Positions 58,928 to 64,000 of a stretch of DNA of 64,000 bases are shown one piece after another. How positions within the stretch are numbered: the first letter of the stretch is position 1; each line of letters begins with the position of its first letter. The translations under genes and the position numbers were made by a program. The stretch is from contig JAWLHB010000026.1 of the NCBI GenBank assembly GCA_041690595.1, positions 1-64,000 on the forward strand, read 5' to 3'. The notes under the pieces are model-generated. The model was not told the DNA's origin, did not search any database, and worked only from the letters and a program-made list of their open reading frames with translations. The stretch is from Lentisphaeria bacterium (lineage in GTDB: Bacteria; Verrucomicrobiota; Lentisphaeria; JABSQK01; JAWLHB01).

Positions 58928-61900
58928 TCAGGATGCAGCCGCAGCGCTGGCTTCCGGCATCTCCGGCACGATCGGCCGAAGCCAGCCAAGCTTGACGAAG
59001 AAGTTGCGAACATCCTGCAGGACCATGTACAGGCAGGGAATGATGAGCAGCGTGATCACCGTGCCGAAGACAATGCCGAAGCCCAGCGAGATCGCCATCG
59101 GGATCATGAAGCGCGCTTGGCGCGACGTCTCGAAGATCATCGGGGCCAGTCCGCCGAAGGTTGTCAGAGTGGTCAGCAGAATCGGCCGGAAACGCTGAAC
59201 GGCGGCGCTCCGGATGGCCTCCAGAGCGGGTTTGCCTTCGACGCGATGCTCATGATTGGTGAAGTCGATCAGCACCAGTGAGCCATTGACGACGACTCCC
59301 GCCAGTGCCACGATGCCGAGGATGCTGATGATGCTCAGGCTATAGCCCATGATCAGGTGCCCGATGATCGCGCCCACCACCCCGAAGGGAATCGCGATCA
59401 TGATGATCAGCGGCTGAAGATAGCTCCGAAAGGGGATCGCCAGCAGACCAAACACGACCAGCATCGCCAAGGCAAAGTTGATCTTCAGCGAGCCGAGACT
59501 GTCGCGCATTTCCGCCTGCCTGCCTTCGAAGCTGAAGGTAAGCCCCGGATAGCGATCCATCATGACGGGGAGCACATCCGTACGCAGATCGTTCAGGACC
59601 TCGTGCGCTTCATTTCGCGGCACCACATCCGCCGTTACCTGGACCACCCGCCTGCCATCCGTCCGATCGATCGACATGAAAGCCCGGCCGGACGTTGTCG
59701 CCACCACCTCTCGCAGCGGCACGAAGTTGCCGGTCGGTGTGCGGATCATGAGATCTTCCACCGTCTGCTGGGAGGATCGCTCCTCATGGGGCAGGCGCAC
59801 CATGACCAGGATTTCGCTGCGTCCGCGCTGCTGCCGGATGGCTTCAGCACCATAGTAGGCATTGCGCACCTGACGGGCGACATCACGCGCGGAAAGGCCG
59901 AGGCTGCGACCAAGATCGGTCAAGGTAACGTCGAACTGGGGCTTGCCTGGCTGGAAACCGCTATCCGCTTCCTTCACTCGCGAATACCCCACAAGCTCAT
60001 CCGCCAGTTCGTCCGCGGCAATCTGCAGCGTGTCCAGATTGCGGTGGCTGAGCTGTACCGTGATGCCACGACCACCGCCGGGGCCACCGGAGTCCGATTC
60101 GACGCGCAGCGATTCCACCCCTGCGACCTCCCCAATGGCTTCGCGCCAGGCGTTCGCAAAACGATCCGTGCTGATGCCCAATCGATCCCGCTCCGCTACG
60201 TCAACCAGATTCACATCCATGCGCATGTCATGACTGCCACCGCGACCGATCTCGGTGAAGATGCCATCGATGATTTCAGGATGCCCAAGCCCATCGGCGG
60301 CGCGATAGGCCGCTTCGATCAGGCGCTCGGATAGCGCCACTGTCCTGTCTACCGGACTGCCAAAGGGAAGTACTGCCGAGGCGCGCGCGAAGTCCGCCTC
60401 TACCTTGGGAAAGAGATCGAAGCCCATGCGGCCGCTGATGGCATAGCCCAGCACGATGAACAATACCGCAAAGGCCAGCGCCATGGACGCATAGCGCCAC
60501 GCCAGTACCCGGCCAAGAAAGGGGCCGTAACTGTTTTCGATCCAGCTCCTGAACGCGTTGCTGAACGCCTGCTGCCGCCCGTGCAGCCAACGGCTGACTC
60601 CGCGCCGCCGGCGGTCACGCTGATGTCCCAGGTGGGCAGGCAGGATGAAGAGCGATTCGATCAACGATATCGCAAAGGCCAGCCCCACCACCATTGGTAT
60701 CATCCCGAAAACCCGGCCGATCATCCCGGGAATGAAGAAGAGAGGCATGAAGCAGACAATGTTGGTCAGGATGCTGAAGGTCACCGGCATGGCAACTTCG
60801 CGCGCACCCTGTACTGCCGCCTGACGGAAGGGCATCCCGTCCTGATGGAGATGATAGATGTTCTCGCCGACGATGATGGCATCGTCAACCACGATGCCAA
60901 GTGCGATGATGTAGGCGAACATTGTAATCATGTTGATCGACACCCCCATCGCCGGCAGCAACAGGAATGACCCCATGAAGGAGATCGGGATGCCCAGCAT
61001 GACCCAGAAGGCAAGCCGGAACTCCAGAAACAAGCCCAGCACGATCAGTACCAGCACCAGGCCGAGCATCCCGTTCTTGACCAGAAGTTCCAGCCGTTGC
61101 TGATAAATCTCCGAGCGGTCGTTCTGTATCCTCGTGTGGATGCCGTCAGGCAGTTCAGACTGAAAAAGCTCCAGTTGCTCGCGAACCGCTTCGGAAACCT
61201 GTATGGGTGTCTGGTTGCCGACACGGTAGACCTCGATCATGGAGGAAGGCTTGCCGTCAAAGGTGGCAAAGCGGTCGCTGTCTTCGAAGCCATCGGTGAT
61301 GGTCGCGATATCCTTGAGCAGAACCCGCGAGCCATCGGCCATGGCGATGATCGGAATCTCGCCAAACTGGCTGCCAAGATGGCGCTTCTCCGTCAAGCGC
61401 ACCAGCACTTCCCCCGCTTCGGTCTTGATCGCGCCACCCGGCAGATCGAGAGAGCTGCTGGCAATGCGCTCGGCCACTTCACCAAGCGTCAGATCATACC
61501 GCCGTAGGTTGGCCTCAGGCACGGCCACTTCGATCTCCAGATCCGGCAAGCCTGTCACCTCCACCTGGGTCACATCCCGGCTTTGCAGCAGCACATCCCG
61601 CAACTGCTCCGTAAACGCATACAGGTTCTGCGTCGTGGTATCGCCATACAGGATGACGGAGACGACCTGTCGCCGTCGACTTGCCACCTCGACGACCGGA
61701 TCCTCCGAGTCGACGGGCAGTGTACGTACTCGGTCCACGGCGCCCTGCACGTCATCGGCAGCCTTCATCACATCGGACCCTTTCACCAACTCGATCGAAA
61801 TACTGGCGCGCCCTTCATTGGCGACGGAGGTCAGCTTCTCCACACCGTCAATGCCGCGAACGGCTTCTTCGATGGCCAGAATGACTCCGTCTTCCACTTC

Positions 61901-62095
61901 TTCCGGACTTGCCCCCGGATACGAGACGCTGATATCGATTCTCTCTTCGGCCGTATCCGGGAAGACTTCTTGTTTAATGTGATGGAGCATGATGAAGCCG
62001 CCCAGCAGAAAGGCGAGCATGATCAGGTTAGAAGCCACGCTGTTGCCGGCCATGTAGGCGATGGGGCCGCGCGTGATGGATCCATTGGTGCTCAT
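58928..62095 (-). CDS. RND efflux transporter permease (AcrB/AcrD/AcrF family)
   Basis: YPGASPEEVE, GIVVDDAIIVGENI, RFRPILLTTLTT..GL.P. Confidence 0.95.
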   Translation of the reverse strand: MSTNGSITRGPIAYMAGNSVASNLIMLAFLLGGFIMLHHIKQEVFPDTAEERIDISVSYPGASPEEVEDGVILAIEEAVRGIDGVEKLTSVANEGRASISIELVKGSDVMKAADDVQGAVDRVRTLPVDSEDPVVEVASRRRQVVSVILYGDTTTQNLYAFTEQLRDVLLQSRDVTQVEVTGLPDLEIEVAVPEANLRRYDLTLGEVAERIASSSLDLPGGAIKTEAGEVLVRLTEKRHLGSQFGEIPIIAMADGSRVLLKDIATITDGFEDSDRFATFDGKPSSMIEVYRVGNQTPIQVSEAVREQLELFQSELPDGIHTRIQNDRSEIYQQRLELLVKNGMLGLVLVLIVLGLFLEFRLAFWVMLGIPISFMGSFLLLPAMGVSINMITMFAYIIALGIVVDDAIIVGENIYHLHQDGMPFRQAAVQGAREVAMPVTFSILTNIVCFMPLFFIPGMIGRVFGMIPMVVGLAFAISLIESLFILPAHLGHQRDRRRRGVSRWLHGRQQAFSNAFRSWIENSYGPFLGRVLAWRYASMALAFAVLFIVLGYAISGRMGFDLFPKVEADFARASAVLPFGSPVDRTVALSERLIEAAYRAADGLGHPEIIDGIFTEIGRGGSHDMRMDVNLVDVAERDRLGISTDRFANAWREAIGEVAGVESLRVESDSGGPGGGRGITVQLSHRNLDTLQIAADELADELVGYSRVKEADSGFQPGKPQFDVTLTDLGRSLGLSARDVARQVRNAYYGAEAIRQQRGRSEILVMVRLPHEERSSQQTVEDLMIRTPTGNFVPLREVVATTSGRAFMSIDRTDGRRVVQVTADVVPRNEAHEVLNDLRTDVLPVMMDRYPGLTFSFEGRQAEMRDSLGSLKINFALAMLVVFGLLAIPFRSYLQPLIIMIAIPFGVVGAIIGHLIMGYSLSIISILGIVALAGVVVNGSLVLIDFTNHEHRVEGKPALEAIRSAAVQRFRPILLTTLTTFGGLAPMIFETSRQARFMIPMAISLGFGIVFGTVITLLIIPCLYMVLQDVRNFFVKLGWLRPIVPEMPEASAAAAS

Positions 62096-62098
62096 CGC

Positions 62099-63691
62099 TC
62101 AGCCTCCATGCCGATTAGGAAGGGGGGCATCACGATGCGCTTCCACTTCCGCTGGCGGATTCTCGGCGGCGGGGCGGGGAGTCGCGGCGTCTTTGGTGCC
62201 GGTTGTATCCTCCACCCGCAATTCCATTCCTTCCAGCGGAGTGGACAGATCGCTGCTTACGATCATCGCACCAGGTGACAAACCGCCCGTCACGTAGATG
62301 GAATCGCGATCGCTCCAACCCACGTCAACCTGGCGGATCGCCAGAGTCTTCTCCGGCGTCATTTCCCAGACGGTGTTGTCATCGCGAACGACACCCCGGG
62401 AGAGCTTGATTGTGTCGGGGATCCGCGCCCCCAGGATAGTCACGCTCATGTAGCTTCCCAGAATGAGCGACGGCGTACCCGGTTGGACGGTCAACGGGTC
62501 GTCAACGGAGATGAGCACCTGCGCAAGCCGGCCACTGGGTTCAAGATCCGTGAGCAGCCCGCTTACCGTGCCGGTGCGCTGCTGGCCCGCCGGCCAGGCC
62601 GACTCATCCCTCAGCACCGCGGGTGAACCCGCGCCCGTGGTCGAGTAGCCGGGTACGCTCAGCCAGCGCAATTGGTCGACCGGTACGGATGCCTTCACCC
62701 AGTAAACATCGGTGGCCACCAGCGTTGCAAGTGCGCGGCCGCTGGAGACCTGGGTACCTACCCAGGCGTAGCGCTCCTGCACGACCCCGTCGAATGGAGC
62801 GAGAATCGTGGTGCGTTGAAGATTCAGCCTGGCCTTGCTCAGGGCCACCTCCGCGGCGGATTTACCGGCTTCGGCCGCTTCGAGCGCTGCCTTGGCGGCT
62901 TCCAGACGGGCGATCGCCGACTCCTTCGAGGTCTGTGCCGCTTCCAACTGCGACGCGGCTACATCGCGCGCCGCGACAGCTGCATCATGGCGAGCCTGCG
63001 CTGCTGCCTGCTGCGGCTGCCGCAATACCAGTTGACGATCCTGATCCGCAATCTCCAGCCCAAGGAGTTCGAATTCCTGTTGAGCCAGCGACTGTTGTCC
63101 TTGCTCCAGCTGCAGCGAGCTGGCCATCTGCACGACATCCGCATCGCGCTGGCGAAGCTCGCCCCGTCGCCGTTCGATCTCGGTCTCCGCAAGCTTGATA
63201 TCCAGTTCGCGCTGCTCGATATCGCTGCGGCGCTGCGCACTCTCGGCTTCAAAGCGTCGCAGGGCCGCTTCCTGATCCGCAACGGCAAGCCGGTAATCCT
63301 CTGGATCGATCGTGAGCATGTGCTCCCCCTTGCTGAATCGGCCGCCGGGGATGAACGTCGGGTTGATATCCGTGACCTCGCCGGCGACACGGGCGGAAAG
63401 CTCGATCGACGTGGCGGGCATCACCGTCCCCATGGCCTGCACCGTCACCTGCTGATCGGAGAGCTGCACTGGCTGCACCGTCACCAGGCGTGCCTGGCGG
63501 GGTGGGCGCTGACGCTGCGCCTTGGGCCGATTCTTGAGCATATATCCCGCAATGAGCAAGCCGCCGACGACGAAGATCGTGATCAGGACCACCGAGATGA
63601 GCACCCGCCAAACTGGAGGGAAGAGCATCGGTTCTTTATTGGAGGGAGGAGGCGAATCCTCTGGAGCGGGTAGTGAATCGTGCTCAGTCAT
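62099..63691 (-). CDS. RND efflux periplasmic adaptor (membrane fusion protein)
   Basis: TM anchor, GTV.P..S.L.ARV.G, long coiled coil, L.RT.I.APFDG, GL.PG..IV. Confidence 0.9.
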   Translation of the reverse strand: MTEHDSLPAPEDSPPPSNKEPMLFPPVWRVLISVVLITIFVVGGLLIAGYMLKNRPKAQRQRPPRQARLVTVQPVQLSDQQVTVQAMGTVMPATSIELSARVAGEVTDINPTFIPGGRFSKGEHMLTIDPEDYRLAVADQEAALRRFEAESAQRRSDIEQRELDIKLAETEIERRRGELRQRDADVVQMASSLQLEQGQQSLAQQEFELLGLEIADQDRQLVLRQPQQAAAQARHDAAVAARDVAASQLEAAQTSKESAIARLEAAKAALEAAEAGKSAAEVALSKARLNLQRTTILAPFDGVVQERYAWVGTQVSSGRALATLVATDVYWVKASVPVDQLRWLSVPGYSTTGAGSPAVLRDESAWPAGQQRTGTVSGLLTDLEPSGRLAQVLISVDDPLTVQPGTPSLILGSYMSVTILGARIPDTIKLSRGVVRDDNTVWEMTPEKTLAIRQVDVGWSDRDSIYVTGGLSPGAMIVSSDLSTPLEGMELRVEDTTGTKDAATPRPAAENPPAEVEAHRDAPLPNRHGG

Positions 63692-64000
63692 GGGGAGGGG
63701 CATCCGGATATGAAGGTTCGGCTGACGTGAAGGTAAGGGGAAGCGAGTCTGGCCTTGGCGGCTGCCAGGTGCCGCCGAGGGCGCGGGCAAGTCCGATGTA
63801 CTCCTGCAACAGATCGCTGTAAGCAGTCAAACGGCTGCGAGAGAGGCGCTGTTGACTGGTCAGCGAGGTGAGATAGCGGGTGAAGTCGCCGCTTCCCTTG
63901 ATATAGGTCTCGCGTACTTGGTCGCTTGCCTGCCGTGCCAACTCCAGTTGCCGATCGAGGCTCTCCAGGAAACGCTGCTGGTCCCGCACCAGAGCAAGGC
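63684..64000 (-). CDS. Outer-membrane efflux protein (TolC/OEP family), C-terminal part truncated by window edge
   Basis: Y..G..DF..YL, L.RALGG.W motif; overlaps adaptor start. Confidence 0.8.
   Translation of the reverse strand, partial: LALVRDQQRFLESLDRQLELARQASDQVRETYIKGSGDFTRYLTSLTSQQRLSRSRLTAYSDLLQEYIGLARALGGTWQPPRPDSLPLTFTSAEPSYPDAPPHD

Overview
GC-rich chromosomal window, most likely from a PVC-superphylum bacterium (Lentisphaeria-like; inferred from a prepilin/H-X9-DG protein, DUF4838 and large secreted putative glycanases). It opens with an HUH/Y1 REP-associated tyrosine transposase (RAYT, 500-1108). This gene is flanked by 27-bp palindromic REPs, including an exact 141-bp-period tandem array and ~128-bp direct repeats on both sides. 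Next comes a divergent carbohydrate-utilisation locus (GntR-LacI regulator, prepilin-like protein, two paralogous ~1150-1200 aa putative glycanases, BNR/sialidase, GT2-like protein, DUF4838), then transporters and housekeeping genes (fpr/fdx, pyrF, lptF/G, infC-rpmI-rplT, CCA enzyme, murJ, pcnB, folD, trpEG). The window ends with a hybrid sensor kinase, a compatible-solute GT4/GH13_18 pair and an RND pump. Most notable oddities: (1) an open but catalytically eroded threonyl-tRNA-synthetase paralog at the native thrS position upstream of infC; (2) the RAYT/REP array architecture; (3) a GcvH-fold protein with no lipoyl lysine; (4) a ~500-bp intergenic unit with two palindromic operators, a 6S-RNA-like long hairpin and a terminator. 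All annotations come from by-eye motif recognition; no database searches were run. No CRISPR array, rRNA or tRNA was seen.
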